Shown here: in pieces, positions 20,714 to 29,050 of the stretch | Layout: each line of letters starts with the position of its first letter | Numbering within the stretch: position 1 is the first letter of the stretch | Assembly: GCA_963726745.1 (NCBI GenBank) | Contig: CAVSDR010000006.1 | Coordinates: 256,001 to 320,000 of the forward strand | Direction: 5' to 3' | Length of the DNA: 64,000 nt | Source of the DNA: an uncultured Verrucomicrobiae bacterium | GTDB taxonomy: Bacteria > Verrucomicrobiota > Verrucomicrobiia > Chthoniobacterales > UBA10450 | Position numbers and translations under genes: made by a program | Notes under the pieces: generated by a model | Seen by the model: only the letters and a program-made list of their open reading frames with translations | Databases searched by the model: none | Told to the model about the DNA's origin: nothing

Positions 20714-21070
20714 ATGGCTCCTGTGCTCTTTCGGATGGCGGCGGCGCTCTGTTTCCTGGCGGTGGCGCTGGGCGCCTTCGGCGCGCACGGGCTCAAAGGC
20801 CTGCTGGAGACGAATGGCACGCTCGCGATCTGGGAGAAGGCGGTGCTCTACCATTTCCTCCATGCGCTCGCGCTCCTGGTGCTGGCGTTGCATCCGCTCA
20901 TCCGGCCGGGTCCATCGCTTCTGCTGCTCGCGGGGATCATCATTTTTAGCGGCAGTTTGTATCTGCTCGCGCTCACGAACGTGCGCTGGCTGGGCGCGAT
21001 CACACCGCTCGGCGGGCTCTGTTTTTTAGCCGGCTGGGCGTGGCTCGCGATCGCTCCGCCGCTGCGCTGA
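20714..21070 (+). CDS. DUF423 (YgdD/TMEM256) membrane protein
   Basis: GAFGAHGL, FSGSLY, ITPLGG. Confidence 0.9.
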   Translation: MAPVLFRMAAALCFLAVALGAFGAHGLKGLLETNGTLAIWEKAVLYHFLHALALLVLALHPLIRPGPSLLLLAGIIIFSGSLYLLALTNVRWLGAITPLGGLCFLAGWAWLAIAPPLR

Positions 21071-21189
21071 GAATCGCGGGAAAAGTGCACGCGCACTTCG
21101 CCCGGCGCATCCGTTTCTAGTGTGGCGCACTCGCGCGCCACGCGCGGCCTCGGGGGTCACGCGGGTGAAACATTAACCGGGAAAATATT

Positions 21190-21774
21190 ATGAAGATCGA
21201 TTCGTTACGAAAACTGTTGGAAGAAGAGTTGAAGGATATCTACAGCGCCGAGAAGCAGCTCCTGAAAGCGATGCCGCGGATGGCGAAAAACGCGAGCAAC
21301 GAGGACTTGAAGGCCGCGCTCGAGGAGCACATGGGAGAGACCGAAGCGCAGGTGGAACGCCTCGAGCAGGTGTTCGAGTCGCTCGGCCAGACGCCCAAGG
21401 CGAAGACCTGCAAGGCGATGCAGGGCATTATCGAGGAAGCGAAGGAAATGCTCGAAGAGGACATGGCGGATGACGTCCTCGATGCCGCGATCATCGCGGC
21501 CGCGCAAAAGGTCGAGCATTACGAGATCGCCAGCTACGGCACCGTCCGCACCTGGGCGAATTTGCTGGGTGAACACGAAGCGGCGGAGCTTCTCCAGGAG
21601 ACGCTGGATGAAGAAGGCGCTGCCGACCAGAAGCTCACGGACATCGCCGAGAGCTTCGTGAACGAGGAAGCCGAGGACGGCGACGAGGAAGACGAAGAAG
21701 CGGCGCCAGCCAAGGCGAGCGGCCGCGGTGCTTCCGCGAAGAAGAGCGGCAGCAAAGCGAAATCGCGCCGGTAG
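21190..21774 (+). CDS. Ferritin-like stress protein, YciE/YciF (DUF892)
   Basis: LKDIYSAEKQ, CKAMQGIIEE, QKVEHYEIASYGT, TLDEE. Confidence 0.92.
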   Translation: MKIDSLRKLLEEELKDIYSAEKQLLKAMPRMAKNASNEDLKAALEEHMGETEAQVERLEQVFESLGQTPKAKTCKAMQGIIEEAKEMLEEDMADDVLDAAIIAAAQKVEHYEIASYGTVRTWANLLGEHEAAELLQETLDEEGAADQKLTDIAESFVNEEAEDGDEEDEEAAPAKASGRGASAKKSGSKAKSRR

Positions 21775-21796
21775 CGCGCCACCTTTCGGTTTAACG

Positions 21797-21842
21797 AAAG
21801 CGCCATCGGCCGTCCGCGCGACGACGATGGCGCTTTTTGTTC
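21797..21842 (+). terminator. Rho-independent terminator
   Basis: AAAGCGCCATCG...CGATGGCGCTTT stem followed by T-rich tract. Confidence 0.75.
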
Positions 21843-21867
21843 GGCCGGGAAAATTAGCCGACAAGCT

Positions 21868-22464
21868 GTGGGCCTTAAAGAATACCAAAAGAAACGCGAT
21901 TTCGCGGTTACCGCGGAGCCGGCCGGCGGCAACGAGCGACCCAAGGCGATCAAGGGCGCCTCGCGTTTCGTGATTCAAAAACACGACGCCTCCTCGCTGC
22001 ACTACGACTTCCGGCTGCAGATGGACGGCGTGCTGAAATCGTGGGCCGTGCCGAAAGGTTTGCCGTGGAAGCAGGGCGAGAAACATCTCGCCGTGCAGGT
22101 CGAGGATCACCCGCTCGACTACGAGAGCTTCGAGGGGATCATCCCCGAAGGGCAATACGGCGGCGGCACGGTCATGCTCTGGGATCGCGGGAGCTACCGC
22201 GTTTTTGGCGGTGAGCCCTTGCCCGCCTGGAAAGCGGGCAAGCTCCATCTCCTGCTCGAAGGCGAGAAGGCCAAGGGCGAGTGGACCCTGGTGCGGACAC
22301 GCATGCAGGCGGGCAAGCCGCAGTGGCTTTTGCTCAAGACTGGCAAAAGCGTGCGCGCGCTCGGCAAAAAGCGCGACAACCAATCGGTCGCGAGCGGCCG
22401 GACGATGCACGCGATCGCGCAGGCGCGGGACGCGGAATGGCAAAGCAACCGCGCCGGGAAGTGA
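21868..22464 (+). CDS. LigD 3'-phosphoesterase domain, stand-alone
   Basis: YQKKRDF, FVIQKHDA, HYDFRL, SWAVPKG, VEDHPLDY, GTVMLWDRG. Confidence 0.92.
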   Translation: MGLKEYQKKRDFAVTAEPAGGNERPKAIKGASRFVIQKHDASSLHYDFRLQMDGVLKSWAVPKGLPWKQGEKHLAVQVEDHPLDYESFEGIIPEGQYGGGTVMLWDRGSYRVFGGEPLPAWKAGKLHLLLEGEKAKGEWTLVRTRMQAGKPQWLLLKTGKSVRALGKKRDNQSVASGRTMHAIAQARDAEWQSNRAGK

Positions 22465-23504
22465 AGCGGAAGTTCGCGCTCCCGCCGGGATTGCCCGCGG
22501 CCAAGGCGCAATTCATCGCGCCGATGAAGCCGCGCCTGCTGGAGACGCCGCCAACAGAAGGAGACTGGCTTTACGAATTGAAGTTCGACGGCATCCGCCT
22601 GGTGGCGGTGAAGCAGGGCGAGAAAGTGCTGCTTATTTCACGCAACGAAAACGATCTCTCGGGACGCTTTGCGGAGATCGCGGAAGCGGTCGCGAAGTTG
22701 CCGCCTAACGACTGCGTGCTCGATGGCGAAGTGGTCGCGCTCGATGCCGCGGGACGCTCGTCCTTCCAGCTGTTGCAGGGCCGGGAACTTCCCGGCGGAA
22801 AGGCGAGCCCGCTCCTCTTTTACGCCTTCGACTTGCTGCAGGCGGAAGGGCGTTCGCTCCTCCGGCTCCCGCTGGAGCAACGGAAGGAGTTGCTGGCTAA
22901 ACTCTGCGCGCGCGCGAAGGATCCGATTCGTTTCTCCGGCGCCATCGGGACGGACGCGGAGCCGTTGCTCGAGGAAGTGAAGCGTCGCGGGCTCGAAGGC
23001 TTGATCGGCAAACGGCGCGACTCGGTCTACGAGCCGGATCGCCGCAGCGGCGCCTGGATCAAACTCAAGGTGCTGCACGAGCAGGAATTCGTCATCGGCG
23101 GTTACACTCCGCCCGCGGGCGCGCGCCAGCACTTTGGCGCGCTCCTGGTCGGCTATTACGAAGGGCAGCGGCTCCATTTTGCTGGCAAAGTCGGCACCGG
23201 ATTCAACACCAAGCTGCTGGCCTCGCTCCATGCGCAGCTGCGGAAAGAAGCGCGCGACGATTGCCCTTTCACCGACCTGCCCTCGAAACAGGGCGGCGCC
23301 TGGGTGCAGGGAATCACGCCCGCGATGATGCGGCGGATCCACTGGGTGAACCCTGCGCTGGTGGCACAGGTGAAATTTGCCGAGTGGACCCGCGAGGCGA
23401 AGCTGCGGCAGCCGGTTTTCCTGGGGTTGCGCGAGGATAAAGACGCCCGCGAAGTGGTGCGCGAAGACGGGCCGCGCTTGGCAGCGAGAAAGGGGCGTGG
23501 ATAG
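22461..23504 (+). CDS. ligD: ATP-dependent DNA ligase (LigD ligase + OB domain)
   Basis: ELKFDGIR, LDGEVV, YAFDLL, EGLIGKR, WIKLK, LRQPVFLGLREDK. Confidence 0.9.
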   Translation: MKRKFALPPGLPAAKAQFIAPMKPRLLETPPTEGDWLYELKFDGIRLVAVKQGEKVLLISRNENDLSGRFAEIAEAVAKLPPNDCVLDGEVVALDAAGRSSFQLLQGRELPGGKASPLLFYAFDLLQAEGRSLLRLPLEQRKELLAKLCARAKDPIRFSGAIGTDAEPLLEEVKRRGLEGLIGKRRDSVYEPDRRSGAWIKLKVLHEQEFVIGGYTPPAGARQHFGALLVGYYEGQRLHFAGKVGTGFNTKLLASLHAQLRKEARDDCPFTDLPSKQGGAWVQGITPAMMRRIHWVNPALVAQVKFAEWTREAKLRQPVFLGLREDKDAREVVREDGPRLAARKGRG

Positions 23505-23510
23505 TGCGCC

Positions 23511-23753
23511 ATGAAAGTGAACGTAATTGTCACTCCCAAGGCCGCGGTGCTCGATCCGCAGGGCGCGGCGGTGCGCGAGGCGATGCAGCATCTCGGCCTG
23601 CCGGGCGTGCGCAGCGTGCGCATTGGAAAATTTCTTGAGATCGAGGTCGAGGGCGAACCGGCGCAGGTGGAGCCGAAACTGCGCGAGCTTTGCCGCGATC
23701 TGCTGTCCAATCCCGTGATCGAAGATTTCACCATCCAACCGCCTAACAAATGA
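23511..23753 (+). CDS. purS: FGAM synthase subunit PurS
   Basis: VLDPQG, VRIGKF, LLSNPVIEDF. Confidence 0.95.
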   Translation: MKVNVIVTPKAAVLDPQGAAVREAMQHLGLPGVRSVRIGKFLEIEVEGEPAQVEPKLRELCRDLLSNPVIEDFTIQPPNK

Positions 23754-23929
23754 AAGCACTGCGTTACTTCTTCTGCATCGTCCTCCCGCCCGTGGCCGTC
23801 CTGATGACGGGACGCTTCGGCAGTTTCCTCCTCAGCCTGCTCCTGACCCTGCTCGGCTGGATCCCGGGAATTATTCACGCCGCCCTGGTGGTAAACGATT
23901 ACCACGAGGAGCAACGCGCGCGGCGATGA
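23750..23929 (+). CDS. YqaE/Pmp3 family small membrane protein (59 aa, not in ORF track)
   Basis: Manual translation MKALRYFFCIVLPPVAV...LLTLLGWIPGIIHA; ATGA overlaps at both ends. Confidence 0.88.
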   Translation: MKALRYFFCIVLPPVAVLMTGRFGSFLLSLLLTLLGWIPGIIHAALVVNDYHEEQRARR

Positions 23930-24636
23930 AGTTCGCCGTGATCCAATTCCCGGGGTCGAATTGCGACCAGGATTGCATCGCCGCGCTCCACGGCCTCGCA
24001 GGGGCGAGCGCGGAGTTCGTCTGGCATAAGGAAACCTCGGTCGCGGGCTACGATGCGATCGTGATCCCGGGCGGGTTTTCGTATGGCGATTACCTGCGCT
24101 GCGGCGCGATCGCGCGGTTCTCGCCGATCATGCGCGCGGTCATGGAAGCGGCCCGCGCGGGCAAGCTCGTCATCGGCGTGTGCAACGGCTTCCAGATTCT
24201 CTGCGAGGCAGGCCTGCTGCCGGGCGCGCTGGTGCGGAATCGCTCGCTCCATTTTGTCTGCGAAATGGCCACCCTGCGCGTGGAGGTGGAGCGCTCGGCT
24301 TTCACTCTTGGGCTGGAAAAAGGTCGCCTGCTGCGCCTGCCGATCGCCCATGGCGAAGGCTCTTATTTTGCCGACGCCGCCACGCTCGCAGAGTTAAACG
24401 AAAACCGCCAGGTGGTCCTGCGCTACGTGGATGCGTGCGGGGAGGCCACTGCAGAGGCGAACCCGAACGGCTCGCTCGAGAACATTGCCGGCATCTCGAA
24501 TCGCGCCGGCAACGTCTTCGGCCTGATGCCGCACCCCGACCGCGCTTGCGAGGAGCGCCTGGGAAGCGCGGATGGAGCGGCCATTTTCCGCTCGATGATG
24601 CGCTCCATCACCGAGACGCCGGCGCGCGCCGCCTAA
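23926..24636 (+). CDS. purQ: FGAM synthase glutaminase subunit
   Basis: FPGSNCD, GGFSYGDYLR, GVCNGFQIL, MPHPDR. Confidence 0.96.
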   Translation: MKFAVIQFPGSNCDQDCIAALHGLAGASAEFVWHKETSVAGYDAIVIPGGFSYGDYLRCGAIARFSPIMRAVMEAARAGKLVIGVCNGFQILCEAGLLPGALVRNRSLHFVCEMATLRVEVERSAFTLGLEKGRLLRLPIAHGEGSYFADAATLAELNENRQVVLRYVDACGEATAEANPNGSLENIAGISNRAGNVFGLMPHPDRACEERLGSADGAAIFRSMMRSITETPARAA

Positions 24637-24642
24637 CGAGTC

Positions 24643-25281
24643 GTGGCGGGCCTTTTCCTCACCGGCACCGATACGGGCGTGGGGAAAACTTTCACCGCGG
24701 CCCAGCTCCTTCGCCTGGCCCGGGCAGCCGGGCTGAGCTGCGCGGGCTACAAGCCGATCTGCTGCGGCGACCGCGATGATGCGATCCAGCTCCTGGCCGC
24801 GAGCAGCCCTGGGCTGACGCTGGAGGAAGTGAATCCGGTGTGGCTGCAGACGCCAACGGCGCCTTTTCCCGCGGCGGAAATCGAGGGCATCGCCATCGAC
24901 CGCGGGGCGCTCCTGCGACAGTGGCGGAGGCTGATGGAACGCTTCGACCTCGTGATTGTGGAAGGCGTGGGCGGTTGGCTGGTGCCAATCGCAGCCGATT
25001 ATTTAGTCAGCGACTTGGCAAAAGCGATGGCTTTGCCGGTGGTGATAGTGGCGCTGAATCGCCTTGGCTGCTTGAATCATTCGCTCCTGACCTTGCGAGC
25101 CGTCGCCGCCGATGGACTCACGGTTGCGGGATTGGTCTTGCAAACGCTGGAAGGACCTTCCGATCCCGCGAGGGCGACGAACGCGCGCGTCCTCCAGGCC
25201 ATGTCCGCAGTGCCGCTTTTGGCGCAATTGTCGGCGGAGATGGACGCTTTGCCGGCCGATTGGCAGAGACTCATTTCCTGA
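24643..25281 (+). CDS. bioD: Dethiobiotin synthase
   Basis: TGTDTGVGKT, KP, VEGVGG, LGCLNH. Confidence 0.93.
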   Translation: MAGLFLTGTDTGVGKTFTAAQLLRLARAAGLSCAGYKPICCGDRDDAIQLLAASSPGLTLEEVNPVWLQTPTAPFPAAEIEGIAIDRGALLRQWRRLMERFDLVIVEGVGGWLVPIAADYLVSDLAKAMALPVVIVALNRLGCLNHSLLTLRAVAADGLTVAGLVLQTLEGPSDPARATNARVLQAMSAVPLLAQLSAEMDALPADWQRLIS

Positions 25282-25300
25282 CACAGGAGGGTGTCAACAG

Positions 25301-25397
25301 TGTCACTTCGTTGACACAAGTGTAAGCATTTTGACACTTTTTGGCTGACACTTTTCCGCCTCTCCCTCGTAAAGAGGTCGGGGCATCTGGTTTGCTA
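25301..25397 (+). promoter_or_regulatory. Putative sigma54 promoter with two upstream TGT-N10-ACA activator sites
   Basis: GG-N10-GC box gGGCATCTGGTTTGCT (25381-25396); TGTCA-N6-TGACA 25301-25316 and TGTAA-N6-TGACA 25321-25336. Confidence 0.6.
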
Positions 25398-25425
25398 AAG
25401 GGAAGTGACCCACAAACCCACAACT

Positions 25426-25902
25426 ATGCTCTTACAAAAAACCCTGCACATGAGCCAGTCGCTCTCTGAATGTAAATCCCGCCTCTCCAGCATTCAGGCC
25501 TATCGACGGCAATTCGTGATGGTGACGAAGGCCACGGTGACCTCGTCCAAGACGGTCGACTTCAGCTTCCGGGGCCCGCTGCGTTTCGAAGCGCGCACCG
25601 TCCTGCTGGCGGCGGAGAGCCACGACCCGAATGAAGTCGCTTTCGAGTCGACCGGCGGAAATATCGACATCATGGGGCTGGTTAATTTTGCCCAAGTGCG
25701 CTCGAACTGCACCGAGATCACCCTCGCGGTGCACTACGAGATCAAGAACAAGTTTTTCGCCTGGGTCGACCGGAAGTTCCATTTCGTCGACGCGTTTGTG
25801 AACTCGGAACTCCGGAGCATTCGCGCGCATTTCGAAGGGATCGCGGCCCCGGTAGTGGAGCGCCCGGCAATGCTGCCAATGCTGGAAACGGCGACCGCGT
25901 AG
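25426..25902 (+). CDS. SRPBCC/START-fold-like protein
   Basis: 158 aa with helix-grip-like pattern (beta strands then C-terminal helix); lower GC than neighbours. Confidence 0.55.
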   Translation: MLLQKTLHMSQSLSECKSRLSSIQAYRRQFVMVTKATVTSSKTVDFSFRGPLRFEARTVLLAAESHDPNEVAFESTGGNIDIMGLVNFAQVRSNCTEITLAVHYEIKNKFFAWVDRKFHFVDAFVNSELRSIRAHFEGIAAPVVERPAMLPMLETATA

Positions 25903-25923
25903 GACGCCATTGGAGCAGGTTTG

Positions 25924-25965
25924 GAAGGGCGTGGGGCGTGATGCTCCACGCCTTTTCGCTTTTTT
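25924..25965 (+). terminator. Terminator hairpin between convergent genes
   Basis: GGCGTGGGGC-gtgat-GCTCCACGCC followed by T-rich tract. Confidence 0.65.
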
Positions 25966-25989
25966 GGCAGCCGGCTCGACCGCGAGAGT

Positions 25990-27159
25990 TCAGCCGGCAA
26001 CTCGGACCGCGCGCTTCTTGTCGAGCCGGAGGATTTGCCCGGGGCGCAGGGCCAGCGTTGCCTTGGCGTCGGGTAATTTCTCGCCGTCGAGTTGCACGCT
26101 CCCCTGCTCGATCAGCCGTCGGGCTTCGGTGCGTGATTTGGGGATGGCGAAACTCTGCGCGTAGGCCGCGGCGACGATCGTGACGGCGTCCGCCGGCTCG
26201 CTTTGGAACAACGGCAGCTCCGCCTCACTCAGGCGCCTTTCGCTGAAGCGCGCGCTCCAGTCACCCGCGGCTTTCTCTCCCGCCTCCGCGGAATGATAGA
26301 GGGCGACGATCTCCGCCCCGAGCTGCTTCTTGGCTTCAAGGGGATGCAAATCAGCCGGCAACTTCCGCAGGAGAATGAGATCGTAATACCGCGCCATGAG
26401 CTCGTCCGAAATGCTCATGATTTTCCCGAACATGTCGTTAGGCGACTCGTGCAGCCCGATGTAATTGCCGAGGCTTTTGCTCATCTTCTTGAACCCATCG
26501 AGCCCTTCCAGGATCGGGAGCAGGAGGACCACTTGCGGGGGTTTCCCCTCGCCTTTCTGGAGATCGCGGCCGACGAGAATATTGAAGAGCTGATCGGTTC
26601 CGCCGAGTTCGACGTCGGCCTCGATCATAACCGAATCCCAGCCCTGCATGATCGGGTATTGGATTTCGTGCGCGTGGATCGGCTGCTCCTGGTCGAGGCG
26701 CGCGCGGAAGTCCTCGCGCTGCAGCATCTGCTGGAGGGTGACCATGCTGTTGAGGCGGATGACGTCGCCGAAGTTCATCCGCCCGAACCATTCCCCGTTG
26801 AAAACCACCCGTGTGCGCGCCGGGTCGAGGATCTTGAAGGCTTGCTCGCGGTAGGTCTCGGCGTTGGCCAGGACCTGCTCGCGCGAAAGCTGCGGACGCG
26901 TGACCGAGCGGCCGCTGGGGTCGCCGATCATCGCGGTGTAATCGCCGATGATAAGGATGCCTTCGTGCCCTAGATCCTGGAATTGCCGAAGCTTCCGCAA
27001 GGCCAGCGCGTGGCCGAGATGGAGGTCGGGGCTGGTCGGATCGGCCCCGAGCTTGACCCGCAGCGGACGGCCTAACGAGAGCTTGGCCCGGAGTTCCTCC
27101 CGGCTGATGACCTGGGCCGTGCCCTGCAGCAGTTGGTCGAGAGACTCGTCGGATTGCAT
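25990..27159 (-). CDS. tyrS: Tyrosine--tRNA ligase
   Basis: DPTSPDLHLGH, ELGGTDQLFN, KMSKS, C-terminal S4 domain. Confidence 0.97.
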   Translation of the reverse strand: MQSDESLDQLLQGTAQVISREELRAKLSLGRPLRVKLGADPTSPDLHLGHALALRKLRQFQDLGHEGILIIGDYTAMIGDPSGRSVTRPQLSREQVLANAETYREQAFKILDPARTRVVFNGEWFGRMNFGDVIRLNSMVTLQQMLQREDFRARLDQEQPIHAHEIQYPIMQGWDSVMIEADVELGGTDQLFNILVGRDLQKGEGKPPQVVLLLPILEGLDGFKKMSKSLGNYIGLHESPNDMFGKIMSISDELMARYYDLILLRKLPADLHPLEAKKQLGAEIVALYHSAEAGEKAAGDWSARFSERRLSEAELPLFQSEPADAVTIVAAAYAQSFAIPKSRTEARRLIEQGSVQLDGEKLPDAKATLALRPGQILRLDKKRAVRVAG

Positions 27160-27195
27160 GACGCGGTGCGCGAAAAACTTCCCCTCGCGCTGCGC

Positions 27196-27705
27196 CTACT
27201 TGTTCTTGTTCAAGAGCTCGCGCACTTCGTCGATGGTCAACGGGTGCGGCTGCTGGTCGAGCGCTTTCTGGCTTTTGCCGACGAAATGGGCCTGCTGGTT
27301 CCCGGCGTAGGGCCGGGTGGCGTTTTGCTTTCCGGCGTCAGGCGCCGCCCGGGTCACGAAGGCAGCAGTTGCGTAGGGCTCGTTTACTTTGGGGAGCCGG
27401 TTCCGCGAGGAGGTGTTTGCTTCCCGTGTAGCGAAACGCGACTGCGCCGTGCCGAATTCCTTTACGGGAAATTCCTGCACGCCGCCGTAGCGTTTCTCCC
27501 AGCTGCGGCGGGAGATAAAGAAAGGCTTGGTGCGCGCGGATTTGGTGAGGACATCGCCGGCGGCTTCAAATTTTTTACCCTGCTCGTTGCTCTGCAAGGT
27601 GGTGTTCGGCTTGAGCACGCGGTCGAGAAGTTTCTGCTCCTGTTGCTGGGCCCGCAGCGTGGTCGCCACGAGGGAAAACAAAGCGAGGAAGAGGAGCGGG
27701 CGCAC
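27196..27705 (-). CDS. Secreted hypothetical protein
   Basis: Signal peptide; ends LTIDEVRELLNKNK. Confidence 0.7.
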   Translation of the reverse strand: MRPLLFLALFSLVATTLRAQQQEQKLLDRVLKPNTTLQSNEQGKKFEAAGDVLTKSARTKPFFISRRSWEKRYGGVQEFPVKEFGTAQSRFATREANTSSRNRLPKVNEPYATAAFVTRAAPDAGKQNATRPYAGNQQAHFVGKSQKALDQQPHPLTIDEVRELLNKNK

Positions 27706-27761
27706 GGGTGCGAACGTGCGAACCGCAAGGCGCCTTGTAAAGGAAAATGCTGCCTATTCCT

Positions 27762-28406
27762 CTAGGGCAAGAGTGCGCGCAGACGGCTCGCGCCCGGCGG
27801 TGGCGGCATCCGGCCGGTTAAAATAGCCGACGCTTTCACCGGCCCGCCGTAGTAGCTCCGGTTCGCGTCTTTTTGCGTGGCGATGATTGCCCCCTCGAGC
27901 GACACGCCCGCGAAAAGCCCTTTGCTCCGGCTGTAGGTATAGACCGCGGCGGTCGGGGTGACGCTGGCCTGCAAGTCGCGCCCGACTGGTCCGGCGGCCG
28001 CGCTGACATCCGCGCCCAAGGTGACGTTGCCATCGCGCGAAAAGGCGCGCACGGCTGCGGGCGTATTCAGGACAATCACGAATTGCGTGACTTGCGCGCC
28101 GGCCTGGAAGCCAAACCCAACGCCCCCGGTGCCGATGAACGACGGCCCGCTCCAGCCCTCGTTCGTGCGGGCAAGCACCACCCCCTCGCCGCCCTTCCCG
28201 CTAAAACCGAATCCGACCTTGACCACTTTCATGACCGCGAGGCCTTGAGCATTCCGCAACACTGCCGCCGGGATATCGGTCTCTGGCATGCGCTGGAAAT
28301 CGCGCAGGATGCGGGCGGATTGGTTGACCACCTCTTGCTCGCTAGAAGCGACGGCCACACTCAAGGCGCAGGCAAAGAAAGCGAAGCCGAGGAGGAAGCG
28401 TTGCAT
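27762..28406 (-). CDS. YSC84/SYLF lipid-binding domain protein
   Basis: GWSGPSF, GFQAGAQ, YSRSKGLFAGVSLEG, NRSYYG. Confidence 0.92.
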   Translation of the reverse strand: MQRFLLGFAFFACALSVAVASSEQEVVNQSARILRDFQRMPETDIPAAVLRNAQGLAVMKVVKVGFGFSGKGGEGVVLARTNEGWSGPSFIGTGGVGFGFQAGAQVTQFVIVLNTPAAVRAFSRDGNVTLGADVSAAAGPVGRDLQASVTPTAAVYTYSRSKGLFAGVSLEGAIIATQKDANRSYYGGPVKASAILTGRMPPPPGASRLRALLP

Positions 28407-28469
28407 GCTCAGGTATCGCGGAGGTGGTTTCGCTTGGCTGTATGCGCGCCTGCTCCGAGATTGGCCGCG

Positions 28470-28946
28470 ATGGAAATGGATCCCGATGCCCACTGGATGC
28501 ACGAAGCTTTGCGCCAGGCGCAAAAAGCCTTCAAGGCTGAGGAGGTGCCAATCGGCGCGGTGGTAGTGCAGGGAAACCGCGTGATCGCGCGCGCCTACAA
28601 CCAGGTGGAGCTGTTGAAGGACGCAACCGCGCATGCCGAGATGCTCGCACTCACGCAGGCGGAAGCCGCCGTGGGCGATTGGCGGCTCAATGATTGCGAC
28701 CTCTACGTGACCAAGGAGCCGTGCCCGATGTGCGCTGGCGCACTGGTGCACACGCGGATCCGGCGGGTGATCTTCGGTTGCCCGGACGAGCGCGGGGGCG
28801 CGGCCGGGGGCCTGTTGAATCTCCTCCAGATGCCGACGCTGAATCACCGCTGCGAAATCCGGACGGGCGTCCTGGCCGAGGAATGCGCGGCATTACTCAA
28901 GAGTTTTTTCGCCGCGCGGCGGAACGGCAATGGCGGGTCAGCCTAG
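28470..28946 (+). CDS. tadA: tRNA adenosine(34) deaminase
   Basis: EVPIGAVVV, TAHAE, EPCPMCAGA, LLKSFF. Confidence 0.94.
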   Translation: MEMDPDAHWMHEALRQAQKAFKAEEVPIGAVVVQGNRVIARAYNQVELLKDATAHAEMLALTQAEAAVGDWRLNDCDLYVTKEPCPMCAGALVHTRIRRVIFGCPDERGGAAGGLLNLLQMPTLNHRCEIRTGVLAEECAALLKSFFAARRNGNGGSA

Positions 28947-29050
28947 TCGCAAGGGGGTTTCTGGAAAAGTCTTGACCGACCGGAGCCAAAAGTCCGTGAT
29001 GAGCCCTCACGCATATGTAAACCACTCAGAATCAAAAGGATCTATAGTTT

